Assembly (NCBI GenBank): GCA_902605525.1
Contig: CACLCV010000002.1
Coordinates: forward strand, 6,176 to 70,175
Origin: an uncultured Gammaproteobacteria bacterium
GTDB taxonomy: Bacteria; Pseudomonadota; Gammaproteobacteria; GCA-002705445; GCA-002716945
Length of the DNA stretch: 64,000 nt
Reading direction: 5' to 3'
Positions within the stretch are counted from its first letter, which is position 1. Every line of letters begins with the position of its first letter. Position numbers and translations under genes: made by a program. Positions 27,456 to 40,981 of this stretch are shown here, one piece after another. The notes beneath the pieces are model-generated. The model was not told where the DNA came from. It worked only from the letters and a program-made list of their open reading frames with translations, and did no database searches.

Positions 27456-28505
<1,050 letters not shown>

Positions 28506-28508
28506 ATT

Positions 28509-29342
28509 GTGTCTTCATCTATTTTTAAAAAAAGTGTTACTAATTTTTATCTACTTATACTTTTAATTAGTCTATCTATACTAAGTATTATAGTTGACTT
28601 GAAATATCCCTCTACAAATTTTACCCGAACTGCGGTGAATGACTTCATCGTAAGCCCTATTCAATACATTGTAAAAACACCATCTAGTTTTTTTTTCAGC
28701 CTATTAGAAGAAACAGAAACAATTGCCCAACTAGAGTCAAAAATAGAGAGGCTTGAAAAAGATAATAAAATGATGAAGATGAATCTTCAAAAAATAGATA
28801 TTTTAGAAGATGAAGTTTCACGTTTGAGGTCTATTAAAAGAGCAATGTCTAAAAAATTTGAAAATATTCAGATAGCTAAAGTTATACAAGGAGATGTGAT
28901 ACCAAATAAAGAATCTATTAAGATAAACATTGGATCAAATGATGATGTAATAAAAGGACAAACTGTGATGGGTGCAAACGGCCTTATAGGGCAAATAGTA
29001 GAAGTTGCTCTGTACTCAAGTAAAGTGCTTTTAATAACTGATGTTAACAGTAATGTTCCAGCAATAATAACCAGGACTGGTAAACAAGTAATAATTAAAG
29101 GTCGCTCACAGGATGATTTATTAGAAATATCTTTTACTGATGATACAGATATTAAATCTGGTGACTTAATAGTGACATCTGGTCAAGCCGGAAGATTTAT
29201 TGCGTCTTTAAATATTGGCAGGATAGTAAAAATCGAGATGAATGAAGGAGAAAGGTTTGCAGAGGTCGTGGTCGAGCCATCAGAATATATAGAAAATATT
29301 AATGAGGTCATAGTTACACCAGATGAATATACGAATAAATAA
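28509..29342 (+). CDS. mreC: Rod-shape-determining protein MreC
   Basis: GTG start, N-terminal TM, coiled coil, and position after mreB. Confidence 0.85.
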   Translation: MSSSIFKKSVTNFYLLILLISLSILSIIVDLKYPSTNFTRTAVNDFIVSPIQYIVKTPSSFFFSLLEETETIAQLESKIERLEKDNKMMKMNLQKIDILEDEVSRLRSIKRAMSKKFENIQIAKVIQGDVIPNKESIKINIGSNDDVIKGQTVMGANGLIGQIVEVALYSSKVLLITDVNSNVPAIITRTGKQVIIKGRSQDDLLEISFTDDTDIKSGDLIVTSGQAGRFIASLNIGRIVKIEMNEGERFAEVVVEPSEYIENINEVIVTPDEYTNK

Positions 29343-29807
29343 ATGTTAATAATCTTACTAACATTAGTTATAGGTCTCATGCTTACTCTAATGCTGTTGC
29401 CATTTGGATATATAGCGCCTGAATGGATATTACTAATAAATATCTACTGGGCCATAGCTTTACCATCAAATACTAAGATGTTATTGGCATTCGTATCTGG
29501 ATTCTTTGTAGATATAGTTTTAGGCCAACCCTTGGGTATTTCATCTCTGAGTTATGTAATTTTTATATATATAATTCTTTCTTTATACAACTCCCTTAGA
29601 TACATGACAATACCTCAACAGACAATTATGCTTTTCCTTTTGTTAATAGTTAAACAGCATTTCTTTATTTGGACATTCTATATGTTTGGTCTTGATATAG
29701 ATTATCAAACACTCCTCATAAGCACATTGACCACGGCAGCTCTTTGGCCATTCATTTATTTCTCGTTAAGGTTCGCTAGAAGAAAATGGGTTGTCGATGG
29801 AGGATAG
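29343..29807 (+). CDS. mreD: Rod-shape-determining protein MreD
   Basis: Polytopic 154-aa protein directly after mreC. Confidence 0.8.
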   Translation: MLIILLTLVIGLMLTLMLLPFGYIAPEWILLINIYWAIALPSNTKMLLAFVSGFFVDIVLGQPLGISSLSYVIFIYIILSLYNSLRYMTIPQQTIMLFLLLIVKQHFFIWTFYMFGLDIDYQTLLISTLTTAALWPFIYFSLRFARRKWVVDGG

Positions 29808-30499
29808 CGAAAGGTGAAGTTTTAGATATTAAAAAATTTCTTAATAATTTGTCCGAAAATATTTTCATTAAAGAATCTAAAAAAGGTCTCATGCTTATAG
29901 ATAGTATAAGCAAGATGACTTTTTCTCTTGAACTGGATGATTATGACAACATAATCAGACAGAATAAAAAACATGTTCTTAGTAAAATACTCAAAAAAGA
30001 TCAATTAATGATTCTTGATTGCACTGGAGGATTTGCGAGAGATTCTGCTATTATCTCTTCGCTTGGAAACAACGTTACTATGATTGAAGAAAACCTAATT
30101 GTAATGAGGATTCTAAAAGATGCGATGAGTAGAATACAAAATAGAAAAGTTAATTGTATATTCAAAAGAATTACTACTAAGTTAGGCAGCTGCCTAGAAT
30201 ACATAAAAACTACAAACAAAAAATATGATTATATTTATTTCGATTTCATGTTTAATAATCGTAGTACTTCTTTGCCTTCAAAAAGAGAGCAATTTCTCAG
30301 AAAAATAGTGAAAAATGATATTAATACTAATAAAGCTATAGTTGAAGAAGTTTTACAAAGAGTTGGTTGTAAAGTTATAATCAAAGAACATATTAAATCC
30401 AATAATTATCAACATTTAGATATTATTAACACATATAAAGAGAAGGTTGTAAAATATCATCTACTCCAGGGGAAAAATGGATATTACAAATTATATTAA
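29786..30499 (+). CDS. rsmJ: 16S rRNA (guanine1516-N2)-methyltransferase RsmJ-like
   Basis: ILDCTGGFARDSAIISSLG..VTMIEEN and YFDFMF parallel E. coli RsmJ VVDATAGLGRDAFVLASVG..VRMLERN and YLDPMF. The true start is uncertain. Confidence 0.65.
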   Translation: MGCRWRIAKGEVLDIKKFLNNLSENIFIKESKKGLMLIDSISKMTFSLELDDYDNIIRQNKKHVLSKILKKDQLMILDCTGGFARDSAIISSLGNNVTMIEENLIVMRILKDAMSRIQNRKVNCIFKRITTKLGSCLEYIKTTNKKYDYIYFDFMFNNRSTSLPSKREQFLRKIVKNDINTNKAIVEEVLQRVGCKVIIKEHIKSNNYQHLDIINTYKEKVVKYHLLQGKNGYYKLY

Positions 30500-30911
30500 T
30501 CAAAAAAATAAATGCTGTGTTTTTAACCTAACAAAAAACAAAGCTATATTAAATGAACTGAATTTAGCAGATTATCCTAATTCAGATAAGTACAAAAAAT
30601 CTAATGAAAATATCTTTTCAGAGAAAGATTTGGTTATATTTGTAATCGATTCTCACAAAATTAAAAACAAAACTATATTTAAAATAGCTAATAAGCTGAA
30701 TAATGTTCTTGTTTATATTATTGATGATACATATATGCAGGACAATGAAACGCAATGTAAAAATATTTTTTTTAGTTATGGTTATAAATACCAGGGTAAA
30801 TGCAATGATGATAAAGTATTAGTTTTCATTTATGATATAGCAGAATACAAAGATAACCCTGATTGGTTGAACAACAAAAATTGGGCAAATCCAGAGCTCT
30901 GGGAGAAATAA
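30477..30911 (+). CDS. Hypothetical protein
   Basis: 144-aa ORF with no motif recognised. Confidence 0.45.
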   Translation: MDITNYINQKNKCCVFNLTKNKAILNELNLADYPNSDKYKKSNENIFSEKDLVIFVIDSHKIKNKTIFKIANKLNNVLVYIIDDTYMQDNETQCKNIFFSYGYKYQGKCNDDKVLVFIYDIAEYKDNPDWLNNKNWANPELWEK

Positions 30912-30913
30912 TA

Positions 30914-31144
30914 ATGAAAGATGTGATTACTAAAGCACTAACAGAGGGAATAGAATATGATAAATTAACAGTAGAAGGGTCAGAATCTAAATACGAAGTA
31001 AAGATAGTAAGTGATGTATTCGATAAAAAATCTACCATACAAAGACACAAAATAATCTACGCATTATTAGATAGTTACATTAAAACAGGCGAAATTCATG
31101 CCCTGACCATTAAAGCCATGACTCTAAGTGAATCAGAAAAATAG
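30914..31144 (+). CDS. BolA-family protein (IbaG/YrbA-like)
   Basis: Internal ATG at 30914. RHKIIYALL and GEIHALTIKA are BolA hallmarks. Confidence 0.75.
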   Translation: MKDVITKALTEGIEYDKLTVEGSESKYEVKIVSDVFDKKSTIQRHKIIYALLDSYIKTGEIHALTIKAMTLSESEK

Positions 31145-32213
31145 TATTTGGAAAAGTAAAAAAATTATTCATGTAGATATGGATAGTTTTTTTGCATCAT
31201 TGGAAATAAGAGACAAACCTGAGTTAAAAAATAAACCTGTAGCTGTTGGTGGCAAGGCCCATGAGCGAGGGGTGCTTACAACATGTAACTATATTGCTAG
31301 GGAATATGGTTTACATTCCGCTATGCCTACTAAAAAAGCATTGTCATTATGTAAAAACTTAGTTGTTCTACCTGTTGATATAGATAAATATAAGAGAGAG
31401 TCAAAAGAGATATTTAAAGTTTTTAAATGTTATTCAAAAAAAATAGAACCTATATCAATTGATGAGGCTTATATTGATGTGACCGATTCAGATTATTGTG
31501 AATCTGATCCAGAAAAAATGGCCCATCAAATAAGATCATGTATATGGAAAGATTTTAAAATAACTGCTTCAGCAGGAATATCATGTAATAAGCTCTTAGC
31601 AAAGATTTGCTCAGATTGGAAAAAGCCTAATAATCAATATTCTTTGAGTGATGACCAAGTTCCTGATTTTATAAAAGACATCAAACTTGATATGATTCCA
31701 GGGATTGGTAAAGTCAATTTTCAAAAATGTGTAAATTTAAATATGAAATACTGTAAAGATATGTATATCTACAGTGTTGATGAACTTGAAAAAATATTTG
31801 GTTCCTACGGAGCTAATTTATACAATCTAATCAGAGGAATAGATCAAAGAGACGTAAATATTAACAAGATTAGAAAAAGCATAAGTGTTGAAGATACATT
31901 TTTAGAAGATATAAAAAATGTTGAATCATGTATTTCTAAAATAGATTTTCTTTATAAAAAACTTATAGAAAGATGTAGGATTAATGAGATATCTAAAAAT
32001 TCTGTAAAGGAGATATTTATAAAAGTTAAATTCAATGACTTCAAAGTAATTTCAAGACAGTCCAAATGCAATACTCTGAATCTAAACAGCTATATTCAAC
32101 TATTGAATAATAATATTAATAGCCCGATTAAACCGATTAGGCTGCTTGGGTTGGGCTTCAACCTTAAAGATGATAAATCTCATTCTATTCAATATGATAT
32201 TTTTGATAGATAA
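31128..32213 (+). CDS. dinB: DNA polymerase IV
   Basis: IIHVDMDSFFASLEIRD and SIDEAYIDVT. GTG start. Confidence 0.92.
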   Translation: MNQKNSIWKSKKIIHVDMDSFFASLEIRDKPELKNKPVAVGGKAHERGVLTTCNYIAREYGLHSAMPTKKALSLCKNLVVLPVDIDKYKRESKEIFKVFKCYSKKIEPISIDEAYIDVTDSDYCESDPEKMAHQIRSCIWKDFKITASAGISCNKLLAKICSDWKKPNNQYSLSDDQVPDFIKDIKLDMIPGIGKVNFQKCVNLNMKYCKDMYIYSVDELEKIFGSYGANLYNLIRGIDQRDVNINKIRKSISVEDTFLEDIKNVESCISKIDFLYKKLIERCRINEISKNSVKEIFIKVKFNDFKVISRQSKCNTLNLNSYIQLLNNNINSPIKPIRLLGLGFNLKDDKSHSIQYDIFDR

Positions 32214-32265
32214 TACAGTGTTAATCTTATAGACTGTAGGGGAAGTAAATAAAGGGGCACGAGTA

Positions 32266-33543
32266 ATGAAATTTGAAACAATAGCAATCCACGGTGGATA
32301 TTCACCAGAACCAACAACAAAATCTGTAGCAGTACCAATATACCAAACAACTTCATACTCGTTTGATGATACTCAACACGGTGCTGATTTATTTGACTTA
32401 AAAGTTGCAGGTAATATATATACAAGAATTATGAACCCAACTTCTGATGTCCTTGAAAAAAGGGTAGCTGCAATGGAAGGTGGTATAGGCGCATTAGCTT
32501 TAGCTTCAGGCTCAGCTGCTACAACTTATGCAATTATGACGATTTGTGAAGCTGGTGATAATATAATTAGCACAAGCACATTATATGGTGGAACATATAC
32601 TCTTTTTGCTCATCAATTACCTAGATTTGGAGTTGATGTAAAATTTGGGGATCATGATGACATTTCTAGCCTCGAGAAATTAATAGATAAGAATACTAAA
32701 GCTATATTTTGTGAATCTATTGGAAACCCAGCAGCCAATGTTGTTAACATACCAGAGATAGCTCGTGTAGCACATAAACATAATATCCCTCTCATTGTAG
32801 ATAACACAGTACCGTCTCCGTATTTATTCAGACCAATTGAACATGGTGCAGATATAGTTGTTCATTCTCTAACTAAATATATGGGTGGACACGGAACAAC
32901 GATTGGCGGAATAATAGTAGACTCTGGAAAATTTCCATGGGCAAAACATAAAACAAAATTTAAGAGATTAAATACTCCAGACATGTCTTACCATGGAGTA
33001 GTTTTTACTGAAGCCATGGGTGAAGCGGCATTTATTGGAGCGGCTAGAGTAGTTCCTCTGAGGAATATGGGTGCGGCAATATCTCCTTTTAACAGTTTTA
33101 TGATATTGCAAGGTATTGAATCTCTCCATGTAAGGATGGATAGACATTGTGAAAATGCGATAGAGGTAGCTAAATTCCTAGAAAATCATAAATGTGTAAC
33201 ATGGGTAAATTATCCTGGTCTTGAGTCTCATAAAGAATATAAACTAACTCAAAAGCTTATGAATGGAAAAGCTTCGAGTGTACTAAGTTTTGGGATAAAA
33301 GGTGGCATGAAAAAAGGTGGTGTCTTTATTGATAACCTTAACCTAATTACAAGGCTCGTTAACATTGGTGATGCTAAATCCCTTGCTTGTCACCCTGCTA
33401 GTACGACACACAGACAACTGTCTAAAAAAGAATTAAAGGCAGCTGGTGTTCCAGAAGATCTAGTAAGGCTATCTATCGGACTTGAAAATATTGATGACAT
33501 TATTGAAGATCTAGATAAAGCTCTTAAAGCTTCGCAAAAATAA
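32266..33543 (+). CDS. metY: O-acetylhomoserine sulfhydrylase (PLP-dependent)
   Basis: Cys/Met-metabolism PLP family with the SLTKYMGGHG lysine motif. 425 aa. Confidence 0.88.
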   Translation: MKFETIAIHGGYSPEPTTKSVAVPIYQTTSYSFDDTQHGADLFDLKVAGNIYTRIMNPTSDVLEKRVAAMEGGIGALALASGSAATTYAIMTICEAGDNIISTSTLYGGTYTLFAHQLPRFGVDVKFGDHDDISSLEKLIDKNTKAIFCESIGNPAANVVNIPEIARVAHKHNIPLIVDNTVPSPYLFRPIEHGADIVVHSLTKYMGGHGTTIGGIIVDSGKFPWAKHKTKFKRLNTPDMSYHGVVFTEAMGEAAFIGAARVVPLRNMGAAISPFNSFMILQGIESLHVRMDRHCENAIEVAKFLENHKCVTWVNYPGLESHKEYKLTQKLMNGKASSVLSFGIKGGMKKGGVFIDNLNLITRLVNIGDAKSLACHPASTTHRQLSKKELKAAGVPEDLVRLSIGLENIDDIIEDLDKALKASQK

Positions 33544-35247
<1,704 letters not shown>

Positions 35248-35288
35248 CTACACTATAATAGTAACACAAAGATATATATAATCATGAA

Positions 35289-35912
35289 ATGAATAATATA
35301 GATAAGCTGACTCCAATATATAGATGTCACGACATACTAGATGAAAAAATTCTTAGTATTATTAAGAAGGTCAAAAGAGATTTATTTCTACCTGAAAAAT
35401 ATAAATGTTTTTCTTATACGGATTTATCTATACCTCTGGAATCAGGAGAGTTTATGCTTACCCCCTCTTGTGAAGGAAAAATTATGCAAGCTATGGATTT
35501 CAATATAAATGATAATGTTTTAATTGTTGGGACTGGTAGTGGGTATCTAACAGAATGTATTTCTCATTTAACAGATATAGTTTCATCATATGAGATTGAT
35601 GAAAAGCTTTTTAGCTATGGAAAAAATAATCTAGATTTATATAGCCAACATCGTCATAAGATTGTTTTAAATCATCAAAATATTTTGGATTGCTTAGATC
35701 AATTAATTAAATATACAAAAGTAATATTTACTTGCTCAATAGACTCATACGAACAATTTATTGACTACTTAGGGAAAGATACCAAGAGCTTTTTCTTTAT
35801 AAATCAATATAAATCTCCCTATAAGACGGGTATTATGATTGCTAAGGCAAGAAATGGTTACAGAGTGTATAAAAATATAGTAACATCTCAAACAAATCAA
35901 ATAAGGGATTAA
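35289..35912 (+). CDS. Protein-L-isoaspartate O-methyltransferase-like (Pcm-family) protein
   Basis: SAM motif VLIVGTGSGYLTE. Sits upstream of rhodanese-tolC, as in other gammaproteobacteria. Confidence 0.65.
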   Translation: MNNIDKLTPIYRCHDILDEKILSIIKKVKRDLFLPEKYKCFSYTDLSIPLESGEFMLTPSCEGKIMQAMDFNINDNVLIVGTGSGYLTECISHLTDIVSSYEIDEKLFSYGKNNLDLYSQHRHKIVLNHQNILDCLDQLIKYTKVIFTCSIDSYEQFIDYLGKDTKSFFFINQYKSPYKTGIMIAKARNGYRVYKNIVTSQTNQIRD

Positions 35913-35913
35913 T

Positions 35914-36237
35914 ATGCAAGAAAAGAGTGCCAAAGAAGTGAATGAAATGATAAAAGCTAACCCTATTGTAAAAATTGTCGATGTAAGAGAGCAGTGGGAA
36001 TATGATAGAGGTCATATTGAAAATAGCACACATATTCCTATGGGCCAAATACCAAGCTCCATCGAACTATTTAGTGATACAAATGAATACGTTATTGTTT
36101 GTCATCACGGTATCAGAAGTAGAACAGTTGCTCTTTATCTAGAACAAAAAGGCGTTAAAGCAAATTTATATAATTTATCAGGTGGAATGGAACAGTGGTC
36201 TGATGATGTTGACTCGAGTATTGAGAAATACAAATGA
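35914..36237 (+). CDS. Rhodanese-domain protein (GlpE-like)
   Basis: Active-site loop CHHGIRS. 107 aa. Confidence 0.8.
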   Translation: MQEKSAKEVNEMIKANPIVKIVDVREQWEYDRGHIENSTHIPMGQIPSSIELFSDTNEYVIVCHHGIRSRTVALYLEQKGVKANLYNLSGGMEQWSDDVDSSIEKYK

Positions 36238-37544
36238 ATAAATTACTTATATTCTTATTATTTTTTTCTGTCACACTTAATGTTGGGGCTACAGATATAA
36301 TTAATTTATATGATAGAGCGCTCAAACATAATATTGATTTATCTCAGAAAAAAACAGACTTAGATATTGCAAATGAGGTTGTAAAGCAAACACAATCTTC
36401 TATGTTGCCAGAAATAAATTTTTCTGCCCGTGCTAGTGAGACTACTATTGAAAGATATGATTCAAGTGGTGCATATGACCCATCTAATTATGATCGAGAT
36501 ACATATAATTTATCTATTAAACAACCACTTTTTCACCTTTATGTTTTTGATGAAATAAAAAAATCAAAAGGCGTACTTAAAGAAAATGAAATTCGTGAAA
36601 AAGACTCTCAAACAATTATTATTTTGGAAACAGTTAGGCATTACTTCAATCTCATAAGACAGAAAAACTTATTTGAACTTAATCAAATAAAAAAAGAATT
36701 TAATTTTTCAAAATATAGTGCCTCTAAAAAACTTTATGATAGCGGTAATATAACAATTGAAGAATATGAAAAACATAAGAATAATTATGATGCATCATTA
36801 ATTGAAGTAAATATTAGCAAAGATGCTCTTTCAGAAACTAAAAATGAAGTGTACATATTTTCAGGTAAAGAGCTAAATGATATCAATGATATTAAGCTTC
36901 TAGAATTCAATCACCACTTGTACGAAATTCAAGATTTAATACAATCAGCTAACATCAATAATAATTCTATTAAATTAGCAAAACAAAATATACAGATAAG
37001 TAGGAATGATATTGCATCTCAGAAATCCAAACATTACCCAACATTAGATCTTATAGCTGAATATGATTATATTGATATCACGCAAGGTGGCTCACAATTT
37101 GGAGCTACAACCCGAGAAGACTCATCTATATCGCTAGTACTGAATTTTCCAATATATAATGGAGGGTATCAATCCTCAAAGACAAAAGAGGCAAGATTAA
37201 AATATAAAAAAGCACGGCTAGAGTATACGAACTCCAAGAGATCACTTAGAAAAGACCTTATTGATACTTTGAATGCTTATAACACTAATAAAAAGAGATA
37301 TGATTTATCAATGCAATTAACTAATAGTGATTTAAGAGTTTTTAAAAGTGCGACACTTGGTAATGAGAAAGGAATTTATACAGATACCCAATTATTAGAG
37401 GCAAGAATAAAATATCAAGAATCTTTATTTAATAGCAAAAACATAATGATGGACTACATCTATAGTGAAATGACACTTGATTATTTAAGAAATGTATTGA
37501 ATTACTCTGACTTGAGAAAGATTAATACTTATCTTGTTTGGTAA
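36234..37544 (+). CDS. tolC: TolC-family outer-membrane channel
   Basis: Signal peptide and two-repeat OEP architecture. Position before waaA. Confidence 0.8.
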   Translation: MNKLLIFLLFFSVTLNVGATDIINLYDRALKHNIDLSQKKTDLDIANEVVKQTQSSMLPEINFSARASETTIERYDSSGAYDPSNYDRDTYNLSIKQPLFHLYVFDEIKKSKGVLKENEIREKDSQTIIILETVRHYFNLIRQKNLFELNQIKKEFNFSKYSASKKLYDSGNITIEEYEKHKNNYDASLIEVNISKDALSETKNEVYIFSGKELNDINDIKLLEFNHHLYEIQDLIQSANINNNSIKLAKQNIQISRNDIASQKSKHYPTLDLIAEYDYIDITQGGSQFGATTREDSSISLVLNFPIYNGGYQSSKTKEARLKYKKARLEYTNSKRSLRKDLIDTLNAYNTNKKRYDLSMQLTNSDLRVFKSATLGNEKGIYTDTQLLEARIKYQESLFNSKNIMMDYIYSEMTLDYLRNVLNYSDLRKINTYLVW

Positions 37545-38767
37545 TGTTTTTTTATAATCTTTTTTTATATCTCTTATCCCCTTTTATTCTGATTAGATTA
37601 ACTATTTATATGATTAGAAATTCTATAAGTTTAGAATATCTATTTACTAAATTATTCGGTACAAAAAGTATTAAACATAAACAGTTATGGATTCATGCAG
37701 CTTCTGTTGGTGAGATGAAAATTGCGATAGAATTATCTAGAGAGCTAACTAAGATTGGTCAGACAGATATTTTAATAACGTCTAATACTCCCACATCAAA
37801 AACTCTCTTTGAGGATTCTAAAATAGGGAATATTACACATTGCTACTTACCTATGGATTTTTATTTTGTAATAAAGAGTTTTGTAAAAATGATTTCAGCT
37901 AAATTACTTATTGTAGTTGAAACCGAGATTTGGCCAAATCTATATAACTCATGTGAAAAAAATAACACGAAAATACTAATTATTAATGCTAGGTTTAATG
38001 CTCCAAAAGGAATTTTACGTATCCTATCTAATAAAATATATGAACAGACATTAAATGCAGTTGACCATGTTTATTGCAAATCAAAAAAAGATGAAGACGG
38101 ATATTTAAAATATATAAGTCCAAATAAAGTTAGCAATCTAGGAAACATTAAATATTCATTAATTAAAGAAAACGACCATATTGAAAGAATAATAGAGAAA
38201 AAATATATCTTACTCGCCTCCTCTCACCATAGGGAAGAAATTATCATTATTAAAGAATGGCTTAAGCTTAAGTCAAATAAATTTCTATTGGTAATAGCCC
38301 CTAGACATCCTGAAAGGCTCGGAGACATTCTTTCAGATATTCCTTTATCAGGCATTAATATCTCCATTAGAAGTAAAAAGGAAAAAATAAGAAATTCATC
38401 TCAGATATATATTGCGGATACCATTGGTGAGTTGGACTCTTTAATTAAATTCTCAGAATTCACAATATTTGGCGGATCTTTTGTAGATCAAGGTGGGCAC
38501 TCATTTATGGAAGCAGCTATTCACTCAAAAGCAATTATCGTAGGCCCCTATATGTATAATTTTGTAGAAGAGACAGAGGAATTTTTAAAAAATAATGCCT
38601 TAATTATGTGCCAAAAACCAGAAATGTTAAAAAATATATTTGAAAAATTATTGAGATCAAAATCTAAAAGGGAAATATTTGAAAAGAATGCAAAAAATCT
38701 TGTTATAGCTAAGAAGTCTATTATGGATAGCTATATTAAATATATTAAAAAACATATAAACGGTTAA
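37544..38767 (+). CDS. waaA: 3-deoxy-D-manno-octulosonic acid (Kdo) transferase
   Basis: WIHAASVGE motif. ATG at 37544 chosen (TAATG overlap with tolC); the track ORF starts at 37538. Confidence 0.9.
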   Translation: MFFYNLFLYLLSPFILIRLTIYMIRNSISLEYLFTKLFGTKSIKHKQLWIHAASVGEMKIAIELSRELTKIGQTDILITSNTPTSKTLFEDSKIGNITHCYLPMDFYFVIKSFVKMISAKLLIVVETEIWPNLYNSCEKNNTKILIINARFNAPKGILRILSNKIYEQTLNAVDHVYCKSKKDEDGYLKYISPNKVSNLGNIKYSLIKENDHIERIIEKKYILLASSHHREEIIIIKEWLKLKSNKFLLVIAPRHPERLGDILSDIPLSGINISIRSKKEKIRNSSQIYIADTIGELDSLIKFSEFTIFGGSFVDQGGHSFMEAAIHSKAIIVGPYMYNFVEETEEFLKNNALIMCQKPEMLKNIFEKLLRSKSKREIFEKNAKNLVIAKKSIMDSYIKYIKKHING

Positions 38768-38769
38768 AC

Positions 38770-39486
38770 TTAACTAGTAAACTCATCCCAATCAAACTTA
38801 TCATCTAAATTGAATTTATTTAAAGATTTTTTAAACTTAGATAGAACTTCTAATGTACTTTTTTTATCTCCTTTTTTAGATGGATTAATAATAAGTTTAT
38901 CAAAGTCAATAAATGATATCTTTTGTGTTTCAACATTAAAAATGATATTCCTTAAATTCATGTCTATATTAAATATCCCATTATCGAACAGTGTTTTAAA
39001 GCAGAAAGCTAAATCATTATAAAACTTAGATTTAATATTATTTGTTGATATATATTTATCTAATGTTATTCCTTCAATTTTACTCAGAATGATATCTCCG
39101 GTATAAAATATTCCTCTTCTTTGCACGTATGAAAAAACTGGTGAGCAAAACTCAAAAGTCTTCATTATTCTCTCATTGTTTAAATTATTCAATATATGAT
39201 TGAAATCAATATAATTTTTTAGTTCTCTTATAGGTCTTGATATATTTAATCCTAGATATAAATAAGAGTCATTAAATATAGACATGGCGCCTTTTCTCAA
39301 AAAATGTTTTTTTATAAGTCCATTATTTAAATCAAGAAAATTACTTGAGTTATTTAATCTAAATTCATCAGTAGTAAAACAGGATAGTATGCGATCTTGA
39401 AGTATAGGTTGGATAGATGAATCGTAACAGATATACTGATTATTATATTTATGAGATACTATTGAACTATATTTTGTTTTTATCAT
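38770..39486 (-). CDS. LPS kinase family protein (Kdo kinase KdkA-like)
   Basis: Kinase catalytic and Mg loops IDMNLRNIIF and ISFIDFDK. Located among LPS-core genes. Confidence 0.6.
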   Translation of the reverse strand: MIKTKYSSIVSHKYNNQYICYDSSIQPILQDRILSCFTTDEFRLNNSSNFLDLNNGLIKKHFLRKGAMSIFNDSYLYLGLNISRPIRELKNYIDFNHILNNLNNERIMKTFEFCSPVFSYVQRRGIFYTGDIILSKIEGITLDKYISTNNIKSKFYNDLAFCFKTLFDNGIFNIDMNLRNIIFNVETQKISFIDFDKLIINPSKKGDKKSTLEVLSKFKKSLNKFNLDDKFDWDEFTS

Positions 39487-40500
39487 ATGAACAAAGAAAA
39501 TAATACATCAATATCTATCTGTATTCTAAGATTATCTGCAATAGGTGACATAACTCACATAATTCCTATAGTTTCAACTTTACAAAAATACTATAAAAAA
39601 TGTGATATCACATGGATTATAGGTAAGGCAGAATATCAATTGGTAAAAACATTAGACAATATTAATTATATAGTGATTGATAAAAATAAAACTCTAGATT
39701 CAATTATAGGTATGCATAAATACTTGAAAGAAGAAAAATTTGATGTTGTTTTTCATATGCAAAAATCATTAAGATCTAAAATCCTAGGAAGGATAATTGA
39801 TGGTAAAATAAACGTCACTTTCAATGATATCAATACGAATAATAATCATGTCTTGGACAATTTTTTTGCATTCTTAGAGAAGATTAATATTCAAAAAAAG
39901 GAATTAAACTGGCAAACAAATAAAATCCTGGCAAATGATAACGATTTTATTAATAAAAATAATCTGCATGACTTAAAACCTTTTGTAACAATAAATCCTT
40001 TTACCAGTGAGCGTATAAATAATTATCGAGAATGGGGTTATGATAACTATGGCACAATTGCAGAATATTTATTTAACGAATATTCTATAAAAACTGTCTT
40101 TATAGGCAAGACATCTGAAGAAAGAAAGAATAGTTTCAAAAAATATATAAAAGTTAGTTCAAAAACATTGAATCTAATTAATAGAACATCTTTAGGTGAA
40201 ATGCTTGGTGTTCTAAATATGTCAAAATTTTATATAGGACCAGATTCAGGGACATTACATATGGCAAATATGCTAGCTCTACCTATTGTTGGTTTATATG
40301 CTACATCGAACCCTAAAAGAACAGGTCCTTACTCAAATCTAGAATACACGGTTAACAAGTATGAAGAAGCCATTCTTAAGTTTTCTAAAAAATCGATAGA
40401 AAACATGAAATGGGGAGAACGAGTACGGGATAAAGGGGCAATGAAATTGATATTATTAGATGATGTAAAACTTATGATTAAAAAAATACTATCTACTTAA
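39487..40500 (+). CDS. Glycosyltransferase family 9 (LPS heptosyltransferase)
   Basis: LRLSAIGDITH N-terminal motif and GPDSGTLHMA C-terminal motif. Confidence 0.8.
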   Translation: MNKENNTSISICILRLSAIGDITHIIPIVSTLQKYYKKCDITWIIGKAEYQLVKTLDNINYIVIDKNKTLDSIIGMHKYLKEEKFDVVFHMQKSLRSKILGRIIDGKINVTFNDINTNNNHVLDNFFAFLEKINIQKKELNWQTNKILANDNDFINKNNLHDLKPFVTINPFTSERINNYREWGYDNYGTIAEYLFNEYSIKTVFIGKTSEERKNSFKKYIKVSSKTLNLINRTSLGEMLGVLNMSKFYIGPDSGTLHMANMLALPIVGLYATSNPKRTGPYSNLEYTVNKYEEAILKFSKKSIENMKWGERVRDKGAMKLILLDDVKLMIKKILST

Positions 40501-40981
40501 CCTTTTGTATATTATTTATAATATTCGATGTTGATTTGCCATCAATGATGTCGACCAGTTCTATTTTTTTATTATTATCTAACATATGTTTTGAGCCAGC
40601 TATCTCTTTACCTTCATAATCTTTGCCCTTAACAAGTATATCTGGAGTAATATCAATAATTAGTTTTTCAGGAGTATCTTCTTCAAAAATAATTATGTAA
40701 TCTACATATGAAAATGCAGCGAGAATATATGCTCGATCATCTTGATTGCATATTGGTCTATCAGATGACTTAAATTTTTTAATCGATGAATCTGAATTGA
40801 GGCCTACGATTAATATATCTCCTTTGGCTTTTGCTTGCTCAAGAATAAATACATGTCCCGGATGAATAATGTCAAAACAGCCATTCGTAAAGACAATTAT
40901 TTCTTTTCTATCACGAGCACTCGTTACTATGGAGTTTAATACGACTTTATCAGTTATAATTTTAGGATTTTTTGATAGCAT
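40493..40981 (-). CDS. hldC: D-glycero-beta-D-manno-heptose-1-phosphate adenylyltransferase (stand-alone HldE domain II)
   Basis: Cytidylyltransferase motif TNGCFDIIHPGH. Confidence 0.85.
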   Translation of the reverse strand: MLSKNPKIITDKVVLNSIVTSARDRKEIIVFTNGCFDIIHPGHVFILEQAKAKGDILIVGLNSDSSIKKFKSSDRPICNQDDRAYILAAFSYVDYIIIFEEDTPEKLIIDITPDILVKGKDYEGKEIAGSKHMLDNNKKIELVDIIDGKSTSNIINNIQKVK